Shown here: positions 10,468 through 21,879 of the stretch, in pieces
How positions within the stretch are numbered: the stretch's first letter is position 1
How the letters are laid out: every line of letters begins with the position of its first letter
Assembly (NCBI GenBank): GCA_002256025.1
Contig: NKIB01014815.1
Location: 1 to 40,375, forward strand
Length of the DNA: 40,375 bases
Origin: Asterionella formosa
Lineage: Eukaryota
Reading direction: 5' to 3'
Notes under the pieces: generated by a model
The model's input: the letters and a program-made list of their open reading frames with translations, nothing else
Database searches by the model: none
Told to the model about the DNA's origin: nothing
Translations under genes and position numbers: made by a program

Positions 10468-12420
10468 ATGTCGATGAAGCCGCCGTTGTATTTCATCCTC
10501 GTTGGGTTGTCTCTGGTAACATGCACTACTGCATTAGTATTGCCAGAACGATATGTCATCAGCAAAGCTGTTAAAAAGTGGACTGGTATCTTCTCCGTAG
10601 CAACGACTCTCGTTGCCACCCCCATCGTTGCTCCTTCGGTCGTGGTAGCGGTTGCTGCACCAGACACAGCCTTGGTAGTCAACGTGGATGCGTCCAACCC
10701 TGCAGGGCTTGCCAAGTCAATCTTTTTTCATCGGGGCGAAATAGCAGAAGCAGCGAAACACTTTTTGCAATCGGTCAAAACACTTGGTGAAGACTTGCAA
10801 GGTGTTCTTCCACCAGATTCTACTAGCTTTTCCGTTCAGCTTCCTGTCGATCCTAAAGGAGCCGCTCGCGATGCAGCAAGTGGAATCGCTAGAATCTTCG
10901 TGAATGGGTCTCCCGTTTATGTCGAAGTGAAGTCCGAAGAAGAGATGTTGTCCCTGAACGTATTGGTTCAGTCGCCCAATCTTCCTAAGGTCCCCTTTTT
11001 GGCTCCCACGGAAAATTCCTTGGATATTCCTGCTACTTTAAAGGCTACTAAAGCCGAAAATTTGGATGATAAATCGAAGGCGACCGGATTTTTGGGCAAT
11101 GTTCCCGTAGCAAATGGAGAATCAACATTAGTGCTGACGGCGGAATTGGCAATATTGGCAATTCCTACCGTGTACGCTGTGTCCTATAAGTATTATACTT
11201 CGCAAATCGAGATGGAAGCACAAGAGGCTGCTGAAAAGAAGAAGAAGTTAGAGAAGAAGAAATCCCCAGTATCCGAAGATTCAACTTCCATTTTAAAGAA
11301 GGATGGTGTTGAACCACGAGAGACGGATTTAAAGAAGAAGGCTCAGGTTAAGAAATCTGCTGTAGCTGAAAAGGCTTCTGTCATTCTCACCAATGTCGAT
11401 GTAGAAGAACAGGTTGCTGAATCAAAAAATCAGATTCAGGGAGTAAAATCCGCTGTAGTTGAAGATTTGCCTGCTGCAACGAATGAGGTTGACACAGAAA
11501 GTTGGACGACTCTTACGAAGGATATTACTGAGTTTGGAAAGAAAGCTGCAACTGCGATATCCGAGCAAACTGAAAAAATGAATCAAGGCTTAGAAAGACT
11601 TAACGCATATTTGGAAACAAACAATAATGAGGAGGAGCAACTTGCTCCTTTGAAGGACATTGGTAAATGGAGTCAGGACGTTACAAGCGCAGTTGTAGAA
11701 AATTTCGAGACCATCAATCAACTCCTAAATGAGTATGCCAGCAGCGGTTGGGGCTTAGAAGCACTGAATGACGATGAGGAGCTGAAAAATCCTGAGGTCA
11801 CCTTAATGGAAAAAAAGCAGCCAATGGATTCAGAGAAGGAGACGGCTGAATTGAACGAGGACGCTGTCAGAACCGCATCGAAGGAATCAGATAGGTTGAG
11901 TCGTTTACTAAATCGAAATAGCAAGAATTTCAAGGATTCTGAGTCAAACAAGAATAAGGAGGCCAGATCCATTGGAATGAAGGCAGAACGAACGGATAAT
12001 GAAGCACGTCCAGCTCAAGTGAAGGATGCAGTTCAATTAAGTGACGCCGTGACCAGCACTATCGCTAAGAAAAAAACTAGGCTGAACCAATTTCTGAGTA
12101 GATCTGAAAAGGTTGCGATAGATTTTGAGTCACTCGCGAATAAGGATGGCATCACCATTGCAGCAAAGAGAGAAAAGATTACTCAACTTCTGAAGAGAGA
12201 TGGCGACGCCCCATTGAGGGATATCGGGGAAGTGCGAAAGGAGGTGGCCAGTACCTTAGCAGAGAAAGTAGCAATGATGGAACGACTACAGAAATCGCAG
12301 AAGGTTGCTGGCATAGAAGTTGTTGCGGACGTTATTACTGAAGCCGAAGAACCGAACCCAAAAAAAAGGTTCGGCATGAGACGCTTCTTGACTAGGATTT
12401 TCATGCCTTGGAGGAAATGA
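10468..12420 (+). CDS. Orphan putative plastid/thylakoid membrane protein, long paralog B with a repetitive charged tail
   Basis: 650-codon ORF from ATG 10468; same N-terminal domain and TM helix as 8042-8845, plus a ~380-aa charged tail ending RFGMRRFLTRIFMPWRK. Confidence 0.8.
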   Translation: MSMKPPLYFILVGLSLVTCTTALVLPERYVISKAVKKWTGIFSVATTLVATPIVAPSVVVAVAAPDTALVVNVDASNPAGLAKSIFFHRGEIAEAAKHFLQSVKTLGEDLQGVLPPDSTSFSVQLPVDPKGAARDAASGIARIFVNGSPVYVEVKSEEEMLSLNVLVQSPNLPKVPFLAPTENSLDIPATLKATKAENLDDKSKATGFLGNVPVANGESTLVLTAELAILAIPTVYAVSYKYYTSQIEMEAQEAAEKKKKLEKKKSPVSEDSTSILKKDGVEPRETDLKKKAQVKKSAVAEKASVILTNVDVEEQVAESKNQIQGVKSAVVEDLPAATNEVDTESWTTLTKDITEFGKKAATAISEQTEKMNQGLERLNAYLETNNNEEEQLAPLKDIGKWSQDVTSAVVENFETINQLLNEYASSGWGLEALNDDEELKNPEVTLMEKKQPMDSEKETAELNEDAVRTASKESDRLSRLLNRNSKNFKDSESNKNKEARSIGMKAERTDNEARPAQVKDAVQLSDAVTSTIAKKKTRLNQFLSRSEKVAIDFESLANKDGITIAAKREKITQLLKRDGDAPLRDIGEVRKEVASTLAEKVAMMERLQKSQKVAGIEVVADVITEAEEPNPKKRFGMRRFLTRIFMPWRK

Positions 12421-13121
12421 GTGCGCTGCCTTGATCCTTTTGCGCAACCTTCCTTGAAAGGTGACTTGATTGATTTTTACAAATGTATGTCAGAATTCTA
12501 CTAACAATTTTTCCTGTGCACGTGCACTTAACAACTCTGTTATGACTTTATCATGGCCTAGACTTTTTATCGGTATCGATGAAGTTGTTAGTTTTTTTCA
12601 TCAATTTTCAAATCATATATGTGACAAAACCGTAACTTTGAACAAATGATAACTGGTAGATGCTCATCTGGTACTCACCATGCGTATAATCAAATACCAA
12701 GTAGATTATTAATTACCCGCCCGCCGTTTATTGTACGGTACATATACAATACCCGGAATTTAGTGCCGGTATACTAGAGTAGGTAATATTAAAAGTTAAA
12801 TACCGTACCGGTTTACACCGCCCGAGTACAAACTATAATAAAATAAGGAACAATTTTGTTGAAATTGGCGCGATTCCCCCGATTCAAATACGAATCCAAA
12901 AAGCGACATTGTGGAAGAAAGCCAGATCCAGAGCGAAATGCGCACCACCAACAACAAAATATTGTTCTTCTGCCTAATTTCTTAGCTATAGCTTCCTTGG
13001 ATGTGGTCATGTGTTCAGTCAAATTCACGGTCAGAAAATGTGATGGAATGGAAAGGCGACAACGCCTGAACAGCAAACTTCTTCTCGATTTCATCCTTAT
13101 TTCCGGCATGTATGCATCGCT

Positions 13122-14295
13122 ATGTCAACACTCCCTTCTCAGCATGATGACTCCGAGCAAGGCGATGCACTCCAACCACCTGGCTCCGTATCCGCCAAAG
13201 ATGTCATTGCCAGCATCGAAGGCGTGGCAGCTTGTGTCATGGAATCTCTACAGGATTCCAGCCTTCCCCAGATAGAAGGAAAGGGATTTGGGCTGAATCA
13301 ATGTCGCTCCTTTACTTCCATCATGATGGTGCTGCAATTTTGTCATGCGCTCCTAAATGACCATCGAACGACAACCACGCGAGAAGTCTTTTACTTTTTC
13401 GTGACTCACTTCCGATCTCAGAAAGAGTGCGATGCAGCCATCTGGGATGCTGCTTCGCTGTTGCAAGTTCCTAGAAGCGCTCTGGGTTTGACAGCAAGCC
13501 CCAAAGGTACGTTTTGGTGGAATGCAAAACTTATAGTTCATGTGTAGCAGGCATCATACTTAAAGTCTGATGTGTTGACGCTCTATCATAGGCTGGTTCT
13601 GTGGGAGCCTGGAAATTTTCCGAGATGGTTTCTTGACAGACTGTGAAGGGCTATCATCGATGCAAGGCCTCCCCATCACTCGAGAATGGCTAGAAGGCGA
13701 CAGCTTGAACGTCCGTTCCAAGGCCACTTGCATTTTGGTAGTTGAAAAGGAAGGCGTTTATAACCGTTTGTCCGAGGACCGCTTCTTCGAACGCATTCCT
13801 TCTATTTTAGTGACGGGAAAAGGATTCCCCGACTTGGCCACTAGGGCATTGGTCAAAACTCTGCATGGAAAATTGCAGTTACCGGTCTTTGGAATTTGCG
13901 ATTGCAATCCCTTTGGAATAGGTGTCTTACATACCTATCAAGTGGGGTCGAAACGAATCGGTATCGATGGGGGAGATCGATATGGCGTCCCGATTCAATG
14001 GATGGGACTGCGGCCTTCTCACGTGGAGGAATTACGGCAGCGGAAAGAACTACCCAAAGATGTGTTTCAGGCGCTGACTGACATTGACAAAAAACGCTTG
14101 GACTCGTTGTGTGATGAGTCCCATGCCTTCCATAGCGGAAACAATGCGAAATTGGACGAATTGATCTTAATGCGACAGTGTGGATACAAGATAGAGTTGG
14201 AGGCGCTGCATTGGATGGGCATGGACTACATGTCAGATTGGCTAGAGTCGGTCTTGAAAAGTCATCACAAGGGGAACACGGAGGCCATCCTTTGA
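13122..14295 (+). CDS. SPO11: Meiotic topoisomerase VI-A-like transesterase SPO11 (SPO11-2 type); exons 13122-13506 and 13592-14295
   Basis: Catalytic-Tyr motif TTTREVFY; intron 13507-13591 (GTACGT...CATAG) gives ASPKG-WFCGSL; TOPRIM motifs ILVVEKEGVYNRL, TGKGFPD, DCNPFG (DxN variant typical of SPO11-2), WMGL and KIELEAL. Confidence 0.92.
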
Positions 14296-14342
14296 GACAC
14301 TCATATTGTCAATAAAAAGTTCGTAATTTTGAAAAATTCATA

Positions 14343-15113
14343 TTAGGGATTTGGATTTCCCTTTCCGAGTCTATTCGCGATAGGCATCCACCCATCTCCC
14401 TCTCTTGGTCTCGGCAGGATACCTGTAGTAACGTAAGCCAACGTATCTACAACTTGTTCAGCATCTTGACAGACTGCACTGGAACTGGCATTGACCTCCT
14501 TAAGCATGTGTGATATAGCCGGAGGATGCAAAGTAATGATGGGCTTTCCCATGGCGGCAGCGTATCCGGCATCAAATGCAGCATTCCACTGGCGATATTT
14601 TTCTCCGAAGCGAACAACAACGATATCGGCATCTTGTAGCAATATTTTGGTCCGAATGTTGTTCATGCTAGCGCCAATCTTGTCCCAGTTATGGCGTTCT
14701 TGTTCCATGCCCTGACTTGTTGGTTAGTCGACGCCTGTTGGCTGTGGAATACCGGTATGCTATTGCACCTTCTCCTATCAATCAGATTATTGCACTCACC
14801 AAAATGATTGCACCGCAATCATCACTATCCTCATGAACTGTATTTGGAGAGCTCAGTGTGACAGGAAGTTTCTTATCAGAAATGCCCTTGGCAATAACCT
14901 CACGCCAATCCGAGTGGATTTCACCTGAGAATTGACATTTAGAAATGTTAGAAACAGGCGCACATGGCAAAGTGAAAGCGCGGTTGGTTCGAGCCAAAAG
15001 GGAACAAACGTACCAGAAAGGTAAACTTTCCATGTCTTTTCGCCTGAGGTCGAGAAGGAACGAGTAGCAAGTTGGCAACCTGCTCGTTGAAGGGCAAACC
15101 TTGCAGAGTTCAT
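14343..15113 (-). CDS. YtoQ-family (nucleoside 2-deoxyribosyltransferase-like) protein with a mitochondrial-type presequence; exons 15113-15014, 14924-14800, 14711-14343
   Basis: Spliced protein reads ...KVYLSG|EIHSDWRE...HEDSDDCGAIIL|GMEQE...NNIRTKILLQDADIVVVRFGEKYRQWNAAFDAGYAAAMGKPIITLH...HMLKEV, matching the bacterial YtoQ pattern. Both introns are GT-AG and frame-preserving. Confidence 0.88.
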
Positions 15114-15474
15114 TGTCCTCGAAACAACTACAGATCCGTGCCGCGAAAAGTGCCAAGGTTCTCACGAGGACAATGAAACGAGACAAATTTGACAGTATTA
15201 TACCGGTGTCGGTACTTTTGCTGTAAATAAATAATTCTTGCTTTGTGCGAAAATTTATAGCTTTATCACAAATTTTCTTTGGTAAAATGTGAACTATCCA
15301 TAAAATATCACACTTTTTTGCCTAGTATACACAAAGGCGAGTTTACGAAAATCTAACACAGTAGCACAGCGCTGATCGCAGAATGATAGTAACTAAAGCC
15401 GATAGTAAGAGGATGCAGAAAGAGGAGGAGGAGATGGATAAGTCAAGACAAGAAAGCTTAACACAGCAGGAGCA

Positions 15475-16830
15475 GTGAATAATGGCGATTCAATGGATGT
15501 CGATTTGGCATTTGGCACAAACACTACAATTGAGGAAATCCTGGCAATGGTATCAACACAATTCAAACAGAAGAAGAAACATGCAAAGAAAACAACAAGG
15601 GAAAAGAAAAAGCTGCAGTTTAAAGCCTTTTTCACAACAGTGCTAGCTACTGTTGTCTTAGCAGCATCTGATCTAGCAATAAACAAGGCAAAATTGTTTA
15701 GTGAAAGCTTGACTGTTGAACAGGCCAGATCAGAAGAAGAAGTGGCAAAATTCGGTGTTGCACACCGCAGGATCCATTGTCAAGTCCATTCTGGACTTTG
15801 TTCCATAGCAAGCATGATAATGCCATCATCACATTGTGTGGGTTCAATGATGATTCCTTTGAGCTCCTACACCGCCAGCTATTCAAAAAGCCTTATTTTG
15901 ATTCTTGCACTTCCTGTAAGAAAAAACAGAATTCATTGTTAGGAATTCAACAGCAAAATCCGGTCTGCCCAGACTCTTTTGTTCCATCAATTGTCTAGCG
16001 CTTGGGCTGGCATGGACTAGAACTTGTGGATCATGAATGATTCTTCAGATAATTTTCGGCATAGTAAGTCACATTTCCTTGGGAATTGCGCCTTTGGCTG
16101 CAGTTTTCAAGGCAGATAACTGTAAAAGTGCTTCTGACTTATGAAGATGCTATTTGCGATCTCCGTAATGCATCCAAAACAACTTTATTTGCATCCATGA
16201 TTCATCAGAATTACCCTTTTGACAAAGAATGTTGAGTAGCAATGGATAGTCTGAAACTCAACCTGCAACAAGCTGGAAATGAAACACAACAGAACAGAAA
16301 ATGAGTGGACTCATGAACACTATGTGACAAACTTCTTATTTCTTTTTTCTCCTGAAGTAAAAATGCGTTGCTCTTATTCTAGTGCACCTGGTGGTCTCCA
16401 TGACTCAACAATGGCCATTTGGTCATCTATATACAACCATACCGAAACTGTTTACTGTGCAATGGGTAAGAAACTTGTTGTAGACTCTACATTTGCATCA
16501 AGTAAGTCTCATTCAATGATCAATTCACACCAAAACAATGTTGACATGAATGCTAACCCTCATCAAAGATGTGACTTAAATTGTCAAGCAGCTTCAGCCA
16601 GCAGCAAGTTGTCTGAATGGTGAATGAGGTGCCTTCTGGAGTCGTTTCCCATGATGAAAGACAAATTTCGTTATGAAGAGACTGGTGAAAGGAAACTAAT
16701 ACCACTCCAAATTAATGTTTAGATAAAAAATTTCGTGCCATGCAGTATAGTCGGTCAGAATCAAATTACTTCGGTTTACAAGATATATTTGCATTCAGGT
16801 GCTAACAGATATTATGCATTTTAAGTCTTA
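15475..16830 (+). pseudogene. Degenerate PIF/Harbinger-like (DDE_Tnp_4) transposase
   Basis: Fragments 'SPFWTLFHSKHDNAIITLCGF', 'NEWTHEHYVTNFLFLFSPE', 'PGGLHDSTMA', 'LVVDSTF' and '...LSEW' lie in several frames with stops. Boundaries are approximate and no TIRs were identified. Confidence 0.7.
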
Positions 16831-17419
16831 GAAAAATGTTTCAAAGTCTAATTTAACGTATTCATCATCACTTGATGCTTTCATTGTCACCATCATTATC
16901 ATTGTTTATTTGAAATTCTATTGATGCAAATGAATTGCTGTGCATTTGTACTCGGGGCTGTTGTGATTGGCGAATGCAACACATGGAGTTGTTGTGATGT
17001 ACAAATAGGATTCAGATGTCATGACTAACAACATGTGCTTGACCTCCTCCAGACTGAAAATTTGTGTGATATTCCTCTATCTATCATCCTGACTTGAATG
17101 CTCCGAGAAATTTGGTGCAGAGAGCTGAAAAATCTACAACAACTTGCTGGTATGAACCAAGACAATTAGTAGGTACATGATAGTCAGTACATAATTATAC
17201 CTTGAGCAATTTTCATGGATTTTGAGATGTTGTGCCCTCTCCGAAATTATTGTCGCTGAGGTTTTCTCACCTATTTCTACAGTACTAGAGAGAAATATTT
17301 ATCTAGTGAGACTTATTAAGCTAGTCAACGCTGACTCAACGATTTCTCGTTTTTGACCTCAGAGTATTAAAGATTATTAAGTAAATTTTATAGTTCGCTA
17401 TTATTAAAGAGCTCGACAA

Positions 17420-17588
17420 TTGTGGAGGTTGTGAAGTCGCCCTTGGCCCCCCAGCAGAGGGCCTTAGACCTGCTTGTTGTCTGCCTCGCCACCCGGAACC
17501 CAAGGGACTACATAAACAAAGCAGATGGAGAATGCGGGAATCTAACCCGCCACCTCGGAAGGTGAGCTAACCAACTAAACTATTACCC
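17420..17588 (-). mobile_element. tRNA-derived SINE-like element or tRNA pseudogene (tRNA-like head 17588-17526)
   Basis: The minus strand reads GGGTAATAGTTTAGTTGGTTAG (A-box-like)...GCGGG-TTAGATT-CCCGC-ATTCTCCA (T-arm/B-box-like with an Ala-like 3' end). The anticodon arm is collapsed and a GC-rich body follows; the downstream boundary is approximate. Confidence 0.5.
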
Positions 17589-17643
17589 TGGCTTCAGAAT
17601 AATAAATATACTACATGCATATATACCTACATCTAAGCCGTGT

Positions 17644-17835
17644 ATTAGGTGAAGTGACCATCACGTAAATAAGCCTAGTTGATTTTGAATGGATCACATG
17701 AATTAGTTGAACACATCAAAATGCTTACTTGAATATATCTATGTATTATCTGAATACATTACATTAATTATTTGATCAGAGTATAATGCATGCATTCCTG
17801 ATTATCACTATATTACGTGATCACCTTCACGTGAT
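17644..17835. repeat. Possible ~190-bp MITE-like inverted-repeat element
   Basis: ATTAGGTGAAGTGACCATCACGTAAATA (from 17644) is an imperfect inverted match to TATTACGTGATCACCTTCACGTGAT (ending ~17835); the interior is AT-rich. Confidence 0.35.
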
Positions 17836-18366
17836 CATTTGAAATACTTCAATTAATTCTGTCATTTAGTTGACATTGCCTCACAATTTTGTTCACCTAA
17901 TTCTATAATATAGTCCACGTAATGTATTAAATTTGTTTACGTAATTTAAAAGTACTATAAAATATCATGTTGATTCCTAATTCAACTACCGCTTCCTTGC
18001 AGGATTTAGATTTGATGCATGGCATATTGTTAGCGTTTACTTCGGAGCGTGCTCGTCTGTACGTATGTCCTCGTTTCCTTTTGCCTGACGTTGTTAGTAC
18101 GGGTTGACTATCATGTATATTTTGATGTAGAGTGTACTGAATGTACTTGAGACAAAAAAACAAATTATTTTGTGTTACATATATATATACCGGTTTGCTA
18201 AACGGGTACTGCGAAGATATGCCAGCAGCATGTCTCGTCAAACACTTCAACATCCAACAGTTCACATCGCATAAATTTGCAAACCAGCATACCGGTACCA
18301 GGTAGTCTAGAGATGTCTGTGCACATGGACATATATATCCATGGTGTAGACATGAACCCTCAAATT

Positions 18367-19205
18367 TTAAGATTCAGGTTCGGGTTCATCAGGCTTGCTG
18401 TCACCACCAGAGGTACCAGTACCCTCTCGTTTGGCACCAGCCATCATCAAGGCACCAGCGACGAAAAATAAAACGCATGCCGAAATGTTGAGCTTGGTGC
18501 CCCACCCAAAGGAGCAAACTTGTTCGTAACTCGTGTAAACGAGAATCACATTGGAGGCGTCACAGGCATTTGAGCCCAAGATGAGCAAGGTAAGGCCTTG
18601 GAACAACGAGGTCAAGAGAAGCACTACTCCTCCAATCTTGGATGTGGAACCTCCTCCGCCACCTCTACAAGAAGGGAAAAGCAAGCATATGGCAATGATT
18701 CCAAACACAGGTGCAATGACAGCAAACGCACGCGTGACCTTCCATTTGGAGTCGATGTCAGTGGAGCTATAGTAATCGACACATGTATCTCCAACGTAAA
18801 TTTGGCCGTTTACAACAGCATAAGACACCTTCTGCTGCAACCATACTCCAAAGTTCAAAGTAGGGAGATCGGGGAAGGCAGCGGTGGGATGAAAGACAAT
18901 TGTTTCGCACCAGATATTTCCAACAACTGAGAGAACCAGAGCGGTAAAAGCGAGGAAAGCCGGAAAGATGGTGAAGCATGCATCGCTGTAAAATAAATAC
19001 AATTATTCGACATACGTGTGAGAATGGTGTGGCTCAACCTCAATTATCCCAAGCATTCAGCAAAGGAGTCAAAATGACCTTCACTTAAAACGAAAACAAT
19101 AATTCGATGAAAATGGAACACTTCATCAGGTACCCTGGTTTTCCTGTTGTTCCGATATGAAAAATTGAATACGAAATGGATGCTTGTTGATACTCACGGC
19201 GCCAT
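18367..19205 (-). CDS. Claudin/PMP22-like four-TM membrane protein, paralog 1; exons 19205-19198 and 18985-18367
   Basis: Four hydrophobic segments; motifs WCET, FGVW, C.DY, DIDSKWK..RAF, LFQGLTLL..SNAC, C.FGWG. ATGGCGCC|GTGAGT...TTTACAG|C gives in-frame MAPDACFTIFPAF. Confidence 0.78.
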
Positions 19206-19456
19206 GTTGTTTATTTCGCTCTGTTCTAGTTTGTTTGTTATTTGTTATGAACGACCGAAAATTTATGATATGGTTTTTGCTATTAACACGCGCATCCGAA
19301 CTGTATCTTGTCCAATTTCTTTATGTGTATGTTTGTATATTTGACACCGAAGACATGACTACTGGTACGGGTACGTATAACTCTGTACTTGGTACCCTGG
19401 TACGTGATTCCCCGAATACCTTCTCAGGTCAGGTACCTGATAACTGATACCAGGTA

Positions 19457-19552
19457 ACTGCAAGTTATGGTAATTGTGCTGTATCTAACATTTTAGCTTG
19501 CTTTATCGTATATAAAATTTTTTATTTAAGCCAAATGACTGCAACCAGCTGG
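19457..19552. mobile_element. MITE copy (~96 bp, TA-flanked)
   Basis: TA|ACTGCAAGTTATGGTAATTGTGCT...TTTATTTAAGCCAAATGACTGCAACCAGCTGG|TA, co-linear with 35251-35349 and 34288-34385. Confidence 0.72.
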
Positions 19553-19576
19553 TAACATGTACCAGGTACCCTTGTA

Positions 19577-21863
19577 CCAGTTATAAATCATTTTGAGCCA
19601 CGTTCTTATTATATGGTTTTCCGACTGATTCTAGATGTATGCTAAAATCAATCCCCTCTTTCGCCCTTTGGCAAGATTTTAATTAGTTGGTTCATTAAGC
19701 TACATTAAGCTACATGAGAATTAGATCATTTCTTTACTTGAAGCAACATCCGTATTATTCAGTGTCCTGGCCCCCTCAATGTACAAAGCCTTGACTGAAT
19801 TTGACTGATTTTACTTTATGTACTAATACTACAACTATTTCCGTCTGGTGAAAAATAAGAGAGTTCTTCACCTTGCAAGAAAAACACGACCTCGTGTGGT
19901 TGCTATCAGCAATCTCAATTTTTGTTGTCATTACTAGTGTTATTGCCTTAATTCTTTCACCATTGTATTTTCTATGTCGTGCTTAATGTATGTAGCAAGC
20001 AGCAAAGCGTTTGTTCTCAATTTTCGCGGAGATAATTCGTATTTTCGTCATGGTCAAGGTTGCAACAACATTGCACGGTTTTTCGCAGTTGTTTCATCAC
20101 TTGTTTTTAGACTTATGGTGCTCTTGTTGGTTCTGTCTCCTCCTATTTTTTCACAGTAGTTATTGCATCATTCTTAGACTTGTGGTGCTCTAATCATATC
20201 TTGTTGTTTAATTAAAGGAGCAACCAAAGGGTGCTGAGGAAGTGGCGCCATTACAGCAGTTGCAACTGGTACTGCAGCATCGCGGTGCATCATGGTGTCA
20301 TGGAATCTGGCAAGTAGTAGTTGCTTTGTTGTTGTTGGTAATGGAAGATCGCCTGCTCGATTGTATCACGTTGCCATTGTTTTGATTGGTGCTAGTACTA
20401 CTGTCCACTCAGCTGGCTGTTTGTTAAGCGATCTGATTGTATAAATCTTGTTTGCAAGCAAAATGTGTGCATCTATTTTCCGATTCTCTCGCTCACTCTG
20501 CACTTCTTCCGCATACCTCTTCCTATTTAGCTGGTCATCGACCACTTCCGGACCCAACAAGTACCTGCTTTCAGCAACATGAAGACCGGCTGTGCATCGG
20601 TTATTCCTTGCAATCGCCGTAGTGCTGTTTCTTTTCGTTGGCCGGCAAGAAGTTTGTCCAGATTTATTCCGTTTCTAGTGTCCTCACAACTGCGATACTG
20701 TACGACGTGATCAACAAGGTTTGCAGGGATGCCTTGGCTCAAGTTTAGTCCGGATGGGGGAATGGAAGAGGCGGGTTGATTATTGCTTGTTTCTGTTTGC
20801 AGATTTTTGGTTACTTGTCAGTTGATTTTCTGGATGGAGTAACAAATTGTAGTTCAATCGTCCCCAAACTCTTCAGCTACAGCTTAAAGGATTCATCCCA
20901 TGATTTCGACACCAGGTCAACTATATTCTCCTTTTCAACAGCAAATGCAGCATGGCGCCTTTCCTTTTGGGTGAGTTAGTCACTCTTGCATTTCGTGAGT
21001 TGCATCTTTAAATATTTAAACATGAATTTATAGTAAGGGTGTAAATTGATGAGCTATGTCCTGCCAACAACTGTGAATCATTTATTGTCATAGCAGCATG
21101 TAATTGCACAGCTGAACTTTCCCACCTGATTTAGCTTCTACAAATGGTACCAGACTATAGGTTTTGTTTGGCAAGCCAGTGTAGCCGCATTCGATGCAAC
21201 AATATTCGATACGATATTGCACCATATATTAGTCAGCCATTGTTATTTGCCTTTCAAATGTTCTAATTCGTCCATTACTTTTTTTAAAAGTGACACTACA
21301 GTCTTATCCAAAAGAAATGAGTATCACCTTGTACTTTTTGGGCGGTTGAATCTGTTTTCTTGCTGTAGGTTTCATCGTTTTTAATCAGATGAAAGCGATT
21401 TGCCTCAATTTTTGATGTGTTGGAAGCAATTTCTGTTGTGAATTACGGAAAATATTGCTCGATTTTTTGGCCTTCAAGATATATTGCATTCATTTACTAA
21501 GAGTGACTAATTGATTGATTTATTGCTATAGTACATTGTCCATGGCGGTTAAACGCAACTAAATATACAATTAGATATTCAGTTTTCTTCACAAATATAT
21601 TTATGTATTTCCGTGAGATGCCGGCTCTTTGCCACTTTTGGGCCGATCGCTACTTTCCGACACATTTATCTGATTATCTAAAACACAAGACCTAATCGAC
21701 AACTGGATAGGTTGTATCCGGCGCAACATCAGGAACATCTTTGTCGTAGCTACTAAAAATAGTCATAACTGGAAAATTAGAAAAAATCTATGTAGACATT
21801 GTGAATATTATATCGTTAGTGGCTCAAAGCCATACGAAGTGGCTCAAACCGATTTTTAACTGG
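19577..21863 (-). mobile_element. ~2.3-kb TIR DNA transposon, TA-flanked (Tc1/mariner-pogo-like), decayed
   Basis: Left end TA|CCAGTTATAAATCATTTTGAGCCAC is an imperfect inverted match to the right end GTGGCTCAAACCGATTTTTAACTGG|TA. Broken minus-strand ORF fragments at 20366-20742 (...LGPEVVDDQL...KQPAEWT). Confidence 0.75.
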
Positions 21864-21879
21864 TACCATGGACAAGGAA

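Noticed and set aside
18313..18353. Imperfect hairpin just 3' of claudin-like paralog 1 as a terminator
   Set aside because: Rho-independent terminators do not apply to Pol II genes, the stem is imperfect, and it is not shared with paralog 2.
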